A stretch of DNA of 63,889 nucleotides from Limoniibacter sp. (GCA_031374255.1 JANMFT010000102.1:1-63889); one strand, 5' to 3'; shown: positions 48,389-58,062, counted from the stretch's first letter. The notes: a model not told the origin generated them from the letters alone. Program-made: numbers and translations.

Positions 48389-49326
48389 TATTTTTTCCCT
48401 GAGTGAAAAGCACGCCGCACTACAGTTTGCGCGATGATAATGGTCAAGACCAGCATCAACACCGACGCAGCGGAAGCATAACCGAAGTTAAACATGCGGA
48501 AGCCTTGGCGGTAAATGAAAAAGCTCATCGTTTCAGTCGCGCCGCCCGGGCTGCCTTGGGTCATAATATAAACATTGGTGAACATCGTGGTAATGTCGAT
48601 GCCACGCAAAGTGATGGCGACAACAATAATCGGGCGCATCATTGGCAATGAAATATTCCAAAAGATCGCAGGCCAACTAGCGCCATCAAGGCGCGCCGCC
48701 TCCTCAATCTCTTGATCTTGGCCCTGTAGTGCGGCCACAAATATGATAAATAAAAATGGCGTCCACTGCCAGACATCGGCCACGATCAAGGTCAAACGGG
48801 CGAGCGGAATCGAAGCGATCCAATCCACATTTTTGGAAACAATTCCAAGGCCCATTAAAATGTCTGAGATCACACGGCCGTCGTTAAAACCAAGCTTCCA
48901 AATGAACGCTACCGCCGACGGCATGAAAAGCATGGGCATGAGATAGACGATGCGCCAGCCTTTTATGAACGGGTCGCGGTAACAGAAATAGGCGACCGTC
49001 ATGGCAATTACGGTCTGCAGCACCAAAGAAATGCCACCGATAATTGCCGTGTTACCCAATGCTGCCCAAAATTCGCGGTCGGACATCAGACGGGTGTAGT
49101 TATCAACCCCGGCCCAATTCCAGGCCTTGAAGGTAACGACAAACAGACTTTGATAAATTGCAAAAACGCCGGGATAAAGCGTGATTGCCATCAAATACAG
49201 CAGTGCCGGCGCAACCAATAAATAGGGGAACGCTTTGCGCAGAGCGGGTGATCGGCGACGCGGAGCTCGCATGGGGGCGACTTGCGCCGCCCCCTTGATC
49301 CGACTTGGGTGGATGATTGTGTCCAA
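48388..49326 (-). CDS. carbohydrate ABC transporter permease (CUT1 type)
   Basis: Six-TM permease with EAA-like loop ...EIEEAARLDGAS. Confidence 0.9.
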   Translation of the reverse strand: MDTIIHPSRIKGAAQVAPMRAPRRRSPALRKAFPYLLVAPALLYLMAITLYPGVFAIYQSLFVVTFKAWNWAGVDNYTRLMSDREFWAALGNTAIIGGISLVLQTVIAMTVAYFCYRDPFIKGWRIVYLMPMLFMPSAVAFIWKLGFNDGRVISDILMGLGIVSKNVDWIASIPLARLTLIVADVWQWTPFLFIIFVAALQGQDQEIEEAARLDGASWPAIFWNISLPMMRPIIVVAITLRGIDITTMFTNVYIMTQGSPGGATETMSFFIYRQGFRMFNFGYASAASVLMLVLTIIIAQTVVRRAFHSGKK

Positions 49327-49329
49327 GGC

Positions 49330-50883
49330 TCAGAACGGCAATGCTTTGCCGGCGCCAACATAAGTGCCAGCTTTGACATCTGCATATTTGACGGGCGCTT
49401 TGTCTGTGCCAAAACCGTTCTTTGCCATGATGGCCTTCCACGCTGTCTGGCCGTTTTCCAGAGCCTCTTTGCCCGTGATCTGGCCGGTAATTGCCCGGTT
49501 GATCTCATTGCCCAAGGCTTGCTCCATTTCGAACATGCCGGGCAGGCGTGGACTACACCAAGCATGCGGCAGGCTATCTGACCAGACTTTCATAGGCTGA
49601 GAAACCATACGCAGCTTTTCGTTGGTCAGGACTGATTTATAGCCTGGAGCCACACCGTTAGCATTAACCTCGTTCATTGCCATAATTGAACTTGTGGTCA
49701 GGAAGGCCAGCATCAGGAAGGCACCTTCTGGGTTTTTGCTCGATGCTGTCACAACCGATGTAGAGCCCGCAATGTTTGGTGGTGCAAAAACGCCACCGGC
49801 GATGCGCGGCTCGTATATCGTGACGAAATCATCAACGATTTGGCTTTGATCGGGGCGCATGGCCTGCGTCCCGCTGTCCTGCCAGCTGATGTTGGCGGCA
49901 ACCTGTCCGCCCAGCCAAGCTGCGCGGTTTTCACCCCAACCAGCACCGGCTACACCTTCGATTGCGTTTTTGGAAAGTGCAAGCAGCGTATCCAAACCCT
50001 TCATCGAAGCATCAGACGTCAGCAATGGCTCAAAGTTGTCATCAAACAATTGCATGCCTGCCTGCGCAGCGATGTGCTCCCAAGAATAGGTCGACCAGAA
50101 GCCGCGTGCACCCAGCAAACCAACGCCGGCAACACCGCCGCCCAATTTGTTGGCTTCCGCAGTGACACGGATCAATTCATCGTAGGTTGGAACCGAGTTG
50201 GCGAGATCGATTTTTCCGCCAAGAATTTTTTCCATGGATGATTTCCGCAAGTGAACCATCTGGATGTCGCAGTCGAATGGAATGCCAACCAGTTTGCCAC
50301 CAAAGTAACCATAGTTGAGGCGGTAGGTATCGTGGAAATCATCCAGCGGCAGTGCCCATTTCGCAGCATAGTCGTCCAATGGTGCCAAGAAGCCCGGACC
50401 CGCAAAATCGCCCAGCCAAGCCGAGAAAAACTGCAAGGCGTCAAACGAAGCATTGCCGGAAATAAATTCAGAGATGGCTTTGTCGTAGATGCTGTCGTCT
50501 GGAATTGGGACCAGTTCGACTTTGATGCCTGACAGCGCTTCAAACGGTGCAATAGCCGTCGCTGCTGATTCTTGATCCGCCGCGCCAATGGCAAAACGCA
50601 CAGTTGTGCCTGACAGCTCGGTGCGGACTTTCTCCCAATCGACGGTGCGAATCCAGTCTTTTGCAGGATCCCAAAGTGGAGTGTTGTCGAGACTATAGAG
50701 TTTGCGGTAATCCTCGCGGACATAACCCTCAACAGAAATGCCATCGAGAATTTTTTGAACGTCGCCGAGCCCGGCTTGGGCAAAAGCGGGAATTTTAAGG
50801 CTGGACATGCCAGCGGCAAGTCCGAGCGCCGTGCCGGTTCTCAAGAACGAGCGACGGGAAACCTTGTTTAACTTCAGTGCCAT
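49330..50883 (-). CDS. extracellular solute-binding protein (large CUT1-type, Tat signal)
   Basis: Twin-arginine signal SRRSFLRTGTALGLAAG...AFA; 517 aa. SD GGAGG lies 8 nt upstream. Confidence 0.88.
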   Translation of the reverse strand: MALKLNKVSRRSFLRTGTALGLAAGMSSLKIPAFAQAGLGDVQKILDGISVEGYVREDYRKLYSLDNTPLWDPAKDWIRTVDWEKVRTELSGTTVRFAIGAADQESAATAIAPFEALSGIKVELVPIPDDSIYDKAISEFISGNASFDALQFFSAWLGDFAGPGFLAPLDDYAAKWALPLDDFHDTYRLNYGYFGGKLVGIPFDCDIQMVHLRKSSMEKILGGKIDLANSVPTYDELIRVTAEANKLGGGVAGVGLLGARGFWSTYSWEHIAAQAGMQLFDDNFEPLLTSDASMKGLDTLLALSKNAIEGVAGAGWGENRAAWLGGQVAANISWQDSGTQAMRPDQSQIVDDFVTIYEPRIAGGVFAPPNIAGSTSVVTASSKNPEGAFLMLAFLTTSSIMAMNEVNANGVAPGYKSVLTNEKLRMVSQPMKVWSDSLPHAWCSPRLPGMFEMEQALGNEINRAITGQITGKEALENGQTAWKAIMAKNGFGTDKAPVKYADVKAGTYVGAGKALPF

Positions 50884-51051
50884 TATTTATCCTCCCATTG
50901 CGATAGATAGAATGCTCCGCAGCCACCCATGATGCGTGGCGACAAACGCAATTCCGAATATGCGTTGGCCAGCGGCATGTGAACTTTCGTTACACTGTAT
51001 GATAGTGTGTGCAGAATTTTAACGATGTCAATCAGAATCTTTCGCAATAAA

Positions 51052-51066
51052 TGCTGCATTGCAGCA
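51052..51066. promoter_or_regulatory. perfect 7-1-7 palindrome in the divergent promoter region (operator candidate)
   Basis: TGCTGCA-T-TGCAGCA, between the binding-protein operon and the dehydrogenase/E1 operon. Confidence 0.3.
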
Positions 51067-51135
51067 AGCACTAACAGTTGACAAAATAACAAAAGTTCAA
51101 ATAGCTATGATGATAGTTTGATGAGGAGTTTGGAA

Positions 51136-52455
51136 ATGCCGACCAATGTCGCCCTAACCGGCCTGGCCAAAGACTTGGCCGTACGCGCCGATATTGGCCG
51201 CCCGATCCGTATCGGCCTTGTGGGCGCAGGTGAGATGGGCACAGACATTGTCAGCCGCGTTTCGCATATGCAGGGGATCGAGATCGGTGCCATCAGCGAA
51301 TTGAAAGCAGGCGCTGCACGCAAATCGGTGGAGATCGCTTACGGAACCGATGCTTTGGCGCGCGAAGTTTCAATAGCCGATGCTGCAAATGCCGCCATGG
51401 AAGATCGCCAGATAGCCATTACCGATAACGTCGATGCCCTGCTCGACGCGGGTCTGATCGATGTTGTGATTGATGCAACCGGTATTCCATCCGTTGGCGC
51501 CGAAATTGGTTTGCGGGCTATGGAGCGCGGTAAGCATCTTGTGATGATGAATGTCGAGGCGGACGTCACAATTGGCGCATATCTTCGCTCGGAAGCAGAC
51601 CGTTTGGGAGTTGTTTATTCGTTGGGCGCGGGAGATGAGCCCTCATCGTGTATGGAACTGATCGAGTTTGTAAGCGCGATGGGCCACCGCATTATTTCTG
51701 CGGGCAAGGGCAAAAACAATCCGCTGAACATTGATGCGACGCCGGATGTTTACAATGAAGAAGCTGTGCGCCGCCATATGAACCCGCGCATGTTGGTCGA
51801 GTTCGTCGATGGCTCAAAAACCATGGTTGAAATGGCAGCTATCGCCAATGCAACCGGCTTGACCCCCGACAAGCCGGGGATGCACGGGCCAGCTGCCGGC
51901 CGCGATGAATTGAACAAAATGCTGGTTCCGCAAAGTGCCGGTGGTTTACTATCATCCTCCGAAGGGCGTGTGGATTATACAATTGGTAAGGGTGTCGCTC
52001 CGGGCGTCTTTGTGGTTGCAGAAATGGATCACCCGCGTATCCGCGAGCGCATGGAAGACCTCAAAATGGGTGAAGGTCCCTATTTCACATTTTTTAGGCC
52101 TTATCATCTGACCTCACTTGAGGTGCCGCTTACCTGTGCCCGCGCCGTGCTTTACGGAAAAGCAGATATGGTGCCGATGCCAGTGCCCGTTGCAGAAGTC
52201 TGTGCGGTAGCCAAAAAAGCCATGGCCGTTGGCGAAACACTCGATCAAATCGGTGAGTATTGCTATCGCGCTTGGATCATGACGGCGCCTGAAGCGCGCC
52301 AAGCCAATGCCATTCCTTGCGGCTTGCTGGCGGGCGCTAAAGTAACCGCCCCAATCAAAAAGGGCGAATTGATCACCAACGCAAACACTGCCGTGCCGGA
52401 GGGCAGCTTCATCGCTGTGCTCCGCGCGCGGCAAGACAAAATGTTGGGTCTTTGA
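51136..52455 (+). CDS. NAD(P)-dependent oxidoreductase with C-terminal SAF domain (COG4091-like, homoserine-dehydrogenase-like fold)
   Basis: Rossmann motif IRIGLVGAGEMG and a SAF-like C-terminal region. Start ATG 51136 has GAGGAG 7 nt upstream. The ORF opens at 51118. Confidence 0.75.
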   Translation: MPTNVALTGLAKDLAVRADIGRPIRIGLVGAGEMGTDIVSRVSHMQGIEIGAISELKAGAARKSVEIAYGTDALAREVSIADAANAAMEDRQIAITDNVDALLDAGLIDVVIDATGIPSVGAEIGLRAMERGKHLVMMNVEADVTIGAYLRSEADRLGVVYSLGAGDEPSSCMELIEFVSAMGHRIISAGKGKNNPLNIDATPDVYNEEAVRRHMNPRMLVEFVDGSKTMVEMAAIANATGLTPDKPGMHGPAAGRDELNKMLVPQSAGGLLSSSEGRVDYTIGKGVAPGVFVVAEMDHPRIRERMEDLKMGEGPYFTFFRPYHLTSLEVPLTCARAVLYGKADMVPMPVPVAEVCAVAKKAMAVGETLDQIGEYCYRAWIMTAPEARQANAIPCGLLAGAKVTAPIKKGELITNANTAVPEGSFIAVLRARQDKMLGL

Positions 52456-52457
52456 AG

Positions 52458-53456
52458 ATGTTAGCGCCCGATAACCGTCCGTTTGCCATACGCCATTTTG
52501 CGCCCGAAGCTTTGCGCGAAGCATTAAAGAAGATGTATCTCATCCGCCGGTTCGAAGAAGGCGCGGAAGACAGCTACACACGCGGCTTGATCCACGGGAC
52601 AATGCACTTGTCGATTGGGCAAGAAGCAAGCGCGATGGCAACCTGCATGGAGTTGACCGATGCAGACAAAATCACATCAACCCATCGCGGCCACGGCCAT
52701 TGTATTGCCAAAGGTGCCGATGTCGGCCGAATGTTCGCAGAGTTTTTCGGCAAAGAAACTGGCTACTGCCACGGGCGCGGCGGCTCAATGCATATTGCCG
52801 ACGTTAAAACCGGTAACCTTGGCGCAAACGGCATCGTTGGCGGCGGCCTGCCGATCGCTGTTGGGGCTGCATTGTCGGCAAAACGGCTTGGCAAATCCGA
52901 TGTGACGGTGTGCTTTTTTGGCGACGGTGCGAATAATGAAGGCGCTTTCCACGAAGCGCTGAACATGGCCTCGGTCTGGAAACTGCCCGTTATTTTTGTA
53001 TGTGAAAACAACGGATACGGCATGTCGACTTCGACGGCACGGTCAACCGCGGTCAAGTTTATATCCGAACGGGCGGCCGCCTATTCCATGCCGGGTGTTA
53101 CCGTGGATGGAAACGATTTTTCTGCAGTGGCAGAAGCGCTTCACATTGCAATTGCGCGGGCGCGAGCTGGCAATGGGCCGTCTCTGGTAGAGAACTTAAC
53201 GTACCGTTGGCGCGGTCATTCGAAATCAGACCGCAACCGCTATCGCACAAAAGAAGAAATTGAAGACTGGATCAAACGAGATCCAATCGCGCGCTTTCAA
53301 GCCGAACTGATTGCGCATGGTGTTTTGGATGAAGTTGAAGCCGAAGCCGCCGCTGCCGAGGCGATTGCTGACGTGGAGGCTGCTATAGTGTTCGCAAAAT
53401 CCAGCACAGCGCCCAACATTTCTGAAGTCACCCGCTACGTTTATGCGGAGCATTAA
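52458..53456 (+). CDS. TPP-dependent dehydrogenase E1 alpha subunit (acetoin/pyruvate dehydrogenase E1 family)
   Basis: TPP-binding motif [37 protein letters not shown]. The ORF opens at TTG 52452. Confidence 0.92.
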   Translation: MLAPDNRPFAIRHFAPEALREALKKMYLIRRFEEGAEDSYTRGLIHGTMHLSIGQEASAMATCMELTDADKITSTHRGHGHCIAKGADVGRMFAEFFGKETGYCHGRGGSMHIADVKTGNLGANGIVGGGLPIAVGAALSAKRLGKSDVTVCFFGDGANNEGAFHEALNMASVWKLPVIFVCENNGYGMSTSTARSTAVKFISERAAAYSMPGVTVDGNDFSAVAEALHIAIARARAGNGPSLVENLTYRWRGHSKSDRNRYRTKEEIEDWIKRDPIARFQAELIAHGVLDEVEAEAAAAEAIADVEAAIVFAKSSTAPNISEVTRYVYAEH

Positions 53457-53457
53457 A

Positions 53458-54471
53458 ATGAACGTGATCATCCAAGACCAGACCACACGCACTTTGTCTT
53501 ATGCCGAGGCCATCCGCGAAGCTATGGCAATGGCCATGGAAGCTGATCCAACTGTTATTTTGATGGGCGAGGACATCGGTGTTTATGGAGGTGCGTTTCA
53601 GGTAACGCTGGATTTATTGGAGCGCTTCGGCCCTGACCGGGTTATGGATACCCCGATTTCTGAACTCGGTGGCGCTGGCGTTGCAGTGGGTGCGGCGCTG
53701 ACCGGGCTAAAGCCTGTTTTCGAATTCCAATTTTCCGATTTTGCGATGCTGGCAATGGAACAGATCGTCAATCAAGCAGCAAAATTGCGTTATATGCTTG
53801 GCGGTGAAGCGTCAGTTCCAGTGGTATTCCGTATGCCATCAGGCTCTGGCACCGGTGCTGCCGCACAGCACAGCCAAAGCATTGAGGCTTGGTTTGGCCA
53901 TGTTCCCGGTCTGAAGGTGCTGCAACCTTCAACACCGGAAGATGCAAAAGGCATGCTGCTGGCCGCACTGGCTGACCCTGATCCGGTGATGATTTTTGAG
54001 CACAAGCTTTTATACAAAATGAAAGGCTATGTGCCCGCCGGCCATTATTTAACGCCGATTGGCAAAGCGGCTGTGCGCCGCGAAGGAAGCGATGCCACCA
54101 TTGTTGCGGGTTCAATCATGGTGCATCGCGCATTGGAGGCCGCAGAAAAACTGGCCGCAGATAATATCAGCGCGGAAGTGATTGACCTGCGTTCAATCCG
54201 GCCAATAGACCATGAAACCATTTTGGCGTCAGTTCGCAAAACCGGACGGCTCATGGTGGTGTATGAGGGCGTCAAAGCATTTGGCGTCGGGGCAGAAATC
54301 AGCGCGATGGTGGCTGAAAGTGATGCATTTGATTTTCTCGATGCTCCTATCCTGCGCCTTGGCGCGGCTGACGCGCCAGTGCCTTATAATCCCGACCTTG
54401 AACGGGCCTCCGTGCCACAGGTTGCCACAATTGAGGCTGCTGCCCGCCGCCTGACCAGCCGCGAGATTTGA
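53458..54471 (+). CDS. TPP-dependent dehydrogenase E1 beta subunit
   Basis: Typical E1 beta N-terminus ...[29 protein letters not shown]; about 337 aa. ATG 53458 follows GCGGAG. Confidence 0.92.
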   Translation: MNVIIQDQTTRTLSYAEAIREAMAMAMEADPTVILMGEDIGVYGGAFQVTLDLLERFGPDRVMDTPISELGGAGVAVGAALTGLKPVFEFQFSDFAMLAMEQIVNQAAKLRYMLGGEASVPVVFRMPSGSGTGAAAQHSQSIEAWFGHVPGLKVLQPSTPEDAKGMLLAALADPDPVMIFEHKLLYKMKGYVPAGHYLTPIGKAAVRREGSDATIVAGSIMVHRALEAAEKLAADNISAEVIDLRSIRPIDHETILASVRKTGRLMVVYEGVKAFGVGAEISAMVAESDAFDFLDAPILRLGAADAPVPYNPDLERASVPQVATIEAAARRLTSREI

Positions 54472-54472
54472 G

Positions 54473-55031
54473 ATGCCAGTCGAAGTGATTCTGCCCAAGG
54501 TCGATATGGATATGACCCATGGTACGATTGCCGTTTGGCATGTGGCCGAAGGCGACACGGTTCAAAAAGGGGCCGCTTTGTTTGACATTGAAACAGACAA
54601 GGCAGCCATGGAAGTTGAAGCGCCTGCAACTGGAACCTTGCGCCAGATTTCAGCCAAAGCAGGCGACAAAATTGAGGTCGGCACTGTGGTGGCTTGGCTT
54701 TACAGTGCGGACGAGATTTTAGGTCCAGCCATAGAGCCTGCAAATTCTGTGCAGGTTGACAACACGGGGGCGGCTCCACCAGTTCTGATACAGCCCGTCG
54801 AAGTGATCATGCCCAAGGTCGACATGGATATGACACATGGCACATTGGCAGCCTGGCATGTTTCTGAAGGGGCAAGTGTCAAACAAGGAACCACCCTGTT
54901 TGATATCGAAACCGACAAAGCCGCGATGGAGGTGGAAGCGCCTGCGACAGGCACTTTGCATCACATCAATGCAAAGCCCGGCGATAAAATCGCAGTCGGT
55001 TCTGTGGTGGCTTGGATTTATCCTGCAGGTG
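54473..55031 (+). repeat. tandem duplication of the lipoyl-domain coding segment
   Basis: Residues 2-79 and 108-185 align without gaps, with 60 of 78 residues identical by hand count. DNA similarity is visible over about 230 nt. Confidence 0.85.
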
Positions 55032-56083
55032 CGATTGTCGGTGCTATAACACTGTTTGAAGCTGAGATTGAGCCTGCTGCTGTTGAACAAATAGCGGGAC
55101 CTGTGTTGCGTGCCACCCTGCCAAACACAGTTGAAATGACTGCCATTCGCGCCACTCCAGCGGCGCGCAAGGCCGCGCGTATAGCAGGCTTAGCGCTTGA
55201 AACAGTGCGCGGGTCAGGGCCTTTAGGCCGGCGACAGCGCGATGATATTACTCCGGTCACGCGGCCACTACCGGTTGTGGAAGCGCCCCAAACTTGGGTT
55301 CCTGAACGCGGGCCACTATACATCAGCCGGCGGCCCGGTGACGGCATTCCGATCATGCTGATCCACGGTTTTGCAGCCGACAGCCAGTCTTGGGCCCCTT
55401 TTGAAAAAGCGCTTGGCCAGGAACACCCGCTTATACGCGTTGATTTACCCGGTCACGGCAAATCCCCCAAACAAGGCATAAGTAGCTTTCCTGAACTCGT
55501 TAGCATCGTCTCGAAGGCATTCGACCAAGCGACACATGATGTTGGACCTGTGCATTTGCTTGGCCATTCGCTTGGCGGCGCTCTAGCGATTGCTCTTGCA
55601 GATATTCGCGGTCGCAAAATAGCAAGCCTATCGGCTATCGCACCGGCAGGTCTTGGACCGGAGATTGATGCTGATGCGTTGGGCGGTATTGTGCGCGCGA
55701 CCAGAGTTGAAAGCCTTGCCCCATGGCTTCGACGTTTAACGGCCACGCCCGAAGGCATTAGTGATGACTATGCACGCGCGGCAATGTCCTCTCGGTCTGA
55801 CCCCGCATTGCGGGCCGTACAGTCTGAGATGACGGCGGCTTTATTTCCCGACGGCGTGCAATCGTTCGATCTGCGCGCAGCGTTATCGCGATTAAAGTGC
55901 GCCACTCAGATATTGTGGGGGCGGCAAGATCATATTTTACCAAGTCGCCACGCACTTGCAACGAACGGCGATTTTGCTATTCATCTTCTAAATGCGGCAG
56001 GCCATGTGCCGCAAATCGAATGTCCGGAGCGGGTCGCGCGTATCTTCAAGCATTTTGTTGCAGGATATCGGGTACTCGTTTGA
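54473..56083 (+). CDS. AcoC-like E2 component: two lipoyl domains + E3/peripheral-subunit-binding domain + alpha/beta-hydrolase fold
   Basis: Two copies of ...LFDIETDKAAMEVEAPATGTL... (lipoyl-Lys motif). PSBD-like segment IRATPAARKAARIAGLALETVRGSGPLGR. Hydrolase nucleophile elbow GHSLGG. Confidence 0.88.
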   Translation: MPVEVILPKVDMDMTHGTIAVWHVAEGDTVQKGAALFDIETDKAAMEVEAPATGTLRQISAKAGDKIEVGTVVAWLYSADEILGPAIEPANSVQVDNTGAAPPVLIQPVEVIMPKVDMDMTHGTLAAWHVSEGASVKQGTTLFDIETDKAAMEVEAPATGTLHHINAKPGDKIAVGSVVAWIYPAGAIVGAITLFEAEIEPAAVEQIAGPVLRATLPNTVEMTAIRATPAARKAARIAGLALETVRGSGPLGRRQRDDITPVTRPLPVVEAPQTWVPERGPLYISRRPGDGIPIMLIHGFAADSQSWAPFEKALGQEHPLIRVDLPGHGKSPKQGISSFPELVSIVSKAFDQATHDVGPVHLLGHSLGGALAIALADIRGRKIASLSAIAPAGLGPEIDADALGGIVRATRVESLAPWLRRLTATPEGISDDYARAAMSSRSDPALRAVQSEMTAALFPDGVQSFDLRAALSRLKCATQILWGRQDHILPSRHALATNGDFAIHLLNAAGHVPQIECPERVARIFKHFVAGYRVLV

Positions 56084-56102
56084 ATGACGGAAAGTCATAT
56101 TG

Positions 56103-57080
56103 ATGCTATCCATCACACCGTCACTCGTTTCCCAAAGTGATGCTGATCGGCTAAGAGCCCGCGCAGTGTGGTTGTACCATGTTGAGGGATTAACCCAGAA
56201 TGACATCGCCAAGCAATTGGGCATCAACAGGATTATGGTTGTAAGGCTTTTGGCTGATGCGCGGCGGCGCAATGAAGTTCGGGTCACAATTTCAGCACCT
56301 CTGACCGAATTGATGCAAATCGAGCGCGAGGTCGAGTTAAAGTATGGCATCGGACGCGTTATTGTCGCGCCATTTTCCGACCCAGAAGGCGACCCTGTCA
56401 AAGTCATTGCCGCTGCTGCCGGCGCTTTCATATCCGCTGAAATGAAAGCTGGAATGACTGTCGGCGTTGGTTGGGGACGCACACTTTACAACACTTTGCC
56501 GTTTATTTCGGGCGAAACTCTTGAGGATTTCCGTGTTGTCTCACTGCTTGGTGGCATTGCGGCGGCGCGGCGTTTTAACCCTGCTGAGTTTGCGTGGCAA
56601 TTTGCCGAACTGTTTCAAGGCGAAGGTTTTCTCATACCCGCCCCCGCTGTGGTTGACAGTCCCGATACAAAATATGCGCTGTTGGAGCGATGCGGCCTGT
56701 CTGCGATTTTTGAAATGGCAGACAAGCTCGACATCGCGCTTTTATCTGTCGGTGGCATTACTACGCTGACAACGAGCTATCGAACAGGTTATCTGTCGGA
56801 AGCTGATCGCAGATCATTGATTGATGCAGGGGCAATTGGCGACGTGCTCTACAACTTCATTGATGCGGAAGGAAATTTGGTTGACCACGAAGTCAACGGC
56901 AGAGTCATTTCCGCCAATTTAACCCGCTTGCGCCGCACCCCCGAACGGGTGCTGATCTCTGGCGGAAAAGATAAGTTTGTTGCACTGAAGGCAGCAATTC
57001 GCACATTAGAACCAACGGTTTTGGTCACTGATGAATATTCCGCCAAGTTTTTATTAGCTAAAGACCTCAGAACAAAATAA
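56103..57080 (+). CDS. SorC/DeoR-type sugar-binding transcriptional regulator
   Basis: N-terminal HTH ...AVWLYHVEGLTQNDIAKQLGINRIMVVRLLADARRRNEVRV and a C-terminal sugar-phosphate-binding domain. Confidence 0.88.
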   Translation: MLSITPSLVSQSDADRLRARAVWLYHVEGLTQNDIAKQLGINRIMVVRLLADARRRNEVRVTISAPLTELMQIEREVELKYGIGRVIVAPFSDPEGDPVKVIAAAAGAFISAEMKAGMTVGVGWGRTLYNTLPFISGETLEDFRVVSLLGGIAAARRFNPAEFAWQFAELFQGEGFLIPAPAVVDSPDTKYALLERCGLSAIFEMADKLDIALLSVGGITTLTTSYRTGYLSEADRRSLIDAGAIGDVLYNFIDAEGNLVDHEVNGRVISANLTRLRRTPERVLISGGKDKFVALKAAIRTLEPTVLVTDEYSAKFLLAKDLRTK

Positions 57081-57230
57081 AACAAATCGCAGTTTCAATT
57101 GCTGTTTTAGTGTCACTTAACGGCACCTTGTTACGGCAGACTACCATCAACGCGTAACACGAGCAGCCATTTTTCTTTCACTCTGTCCGCCCCATCTTTT
57201 TTCAGCAATCAGAATTGAACGCAAAAAAGG

Positions 57231-58031
57231 TCAGCCATCTGCCAGCAATTTATGAAACTGCGCTAATTCTAAATCGTTCATTTTCACTAGATTTTCCGGT
57301 TTTGGATAAGCACCATCGCCAACATCAGAGACAAATTCACGAAACGCGGCGATGCGCTCCAATTGCAACCGGTCAAATTCAACTGCAAAATTCCTGTAAA
57401 CCTTGGAGTGCCTTGGCATATGCCCGCGGTTTTGTCCGAGGATGTCTTCGGCAAACAAATATTGCGCGTCGCAACCGGCGCCAGCCCCCATTGACCATAA
57501 CAATAAACCGGTTCGTGTGCTGATTTCACTGGCAACGTCGTCTGGCACTACTTCGATCTCAAGTGCAAAAGCACCGGCAGCTTCGTAGGCTTTGACTTCT
57601 TTCAACAATGCAATTGCTGCCTCAGCTGTTTTAGCCACAGCGCGGAAACCACCGGTCCAGGTTGCACGTGACGGCACAAGGCCAACATGGCCAACGACCG
57701 GAATATGTTCGCGCGCTAAAGCCTCAACTGTTCCAAGCCCACCGCTGCAATAGATTGCGTCCGCTTCCGCCAGCATCATCATGCAGGCAAAGCGGTGAAA
57801 ATCATCGCGGGTACCTGCTTCCAGATGCGTTTTGCCTGTCATTGAAAACAGTGTTGGCGCAAGTTCGCGGTAACGCGGATGGGTCACCAGTTCCGGCGGA
57901 ACAGAAACAATGTCGATACCTGCGGCTTCAGCTGCCGCCGCTTCGTCCAGCGTCATTACCCGCAGCATGGTCAACTGCCGCAGGCCCTTTAGCGTCCGCA
58001 AATCAGCTATAGTCGGTTTTGTGCGGGTCAT
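57231..58031 (-). CDS. ketopantoate hydroxymethyltransferase (PanB)-family paralogue, divergent
   Basis: 266 aa from ATG 58031. VVGHVGLVPS and ALEIEVVP resemble PanB motifs, but the N-terminal GDS-type metal motif as I recall it from E. coli PanB is not evident. Confidence 0.7.
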   Translation of the reverse strand: MTRTKPTIADLRTLKGLRQLTMLRVMTLDEAAAAEAAGIDIVSVPPELVTHPRYRELAPTLFSMTGKTHLEAGTRDDFHRFACMMMLAEADAIYCSGGLGTVEALAREHIPVVGHVGLVPSRATWTGGFRAVAKTAEAAIALLKEVKAYEAAGAFALEIEVVPDDVASEISTRTGLLLWSMGAGAGCDAQYLFAEDILGQNRGHMPRHSKVYRNFAVEFDRLQLERIAAFREFVSDVGDGAYPKPENLVKMNDLELAQFHKLLADG

Positions 58032-58062
58032 TTTGTTGCGCTCACAATCAACTGAAAAACCA

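Noticed and set aside
50883-51092. 69-codon upstream ORF ending in a TAATG overlap with the binding-protein start (possible leader peptide)
   Set aside because: It opens with TTG and has no SD. Its first ATG falls inside the 15-bp palindrome, and the sequence has no leader-peptide-like features. It is most likely a chance ORF in the promoter region, though ribosome profiling could revisit this.
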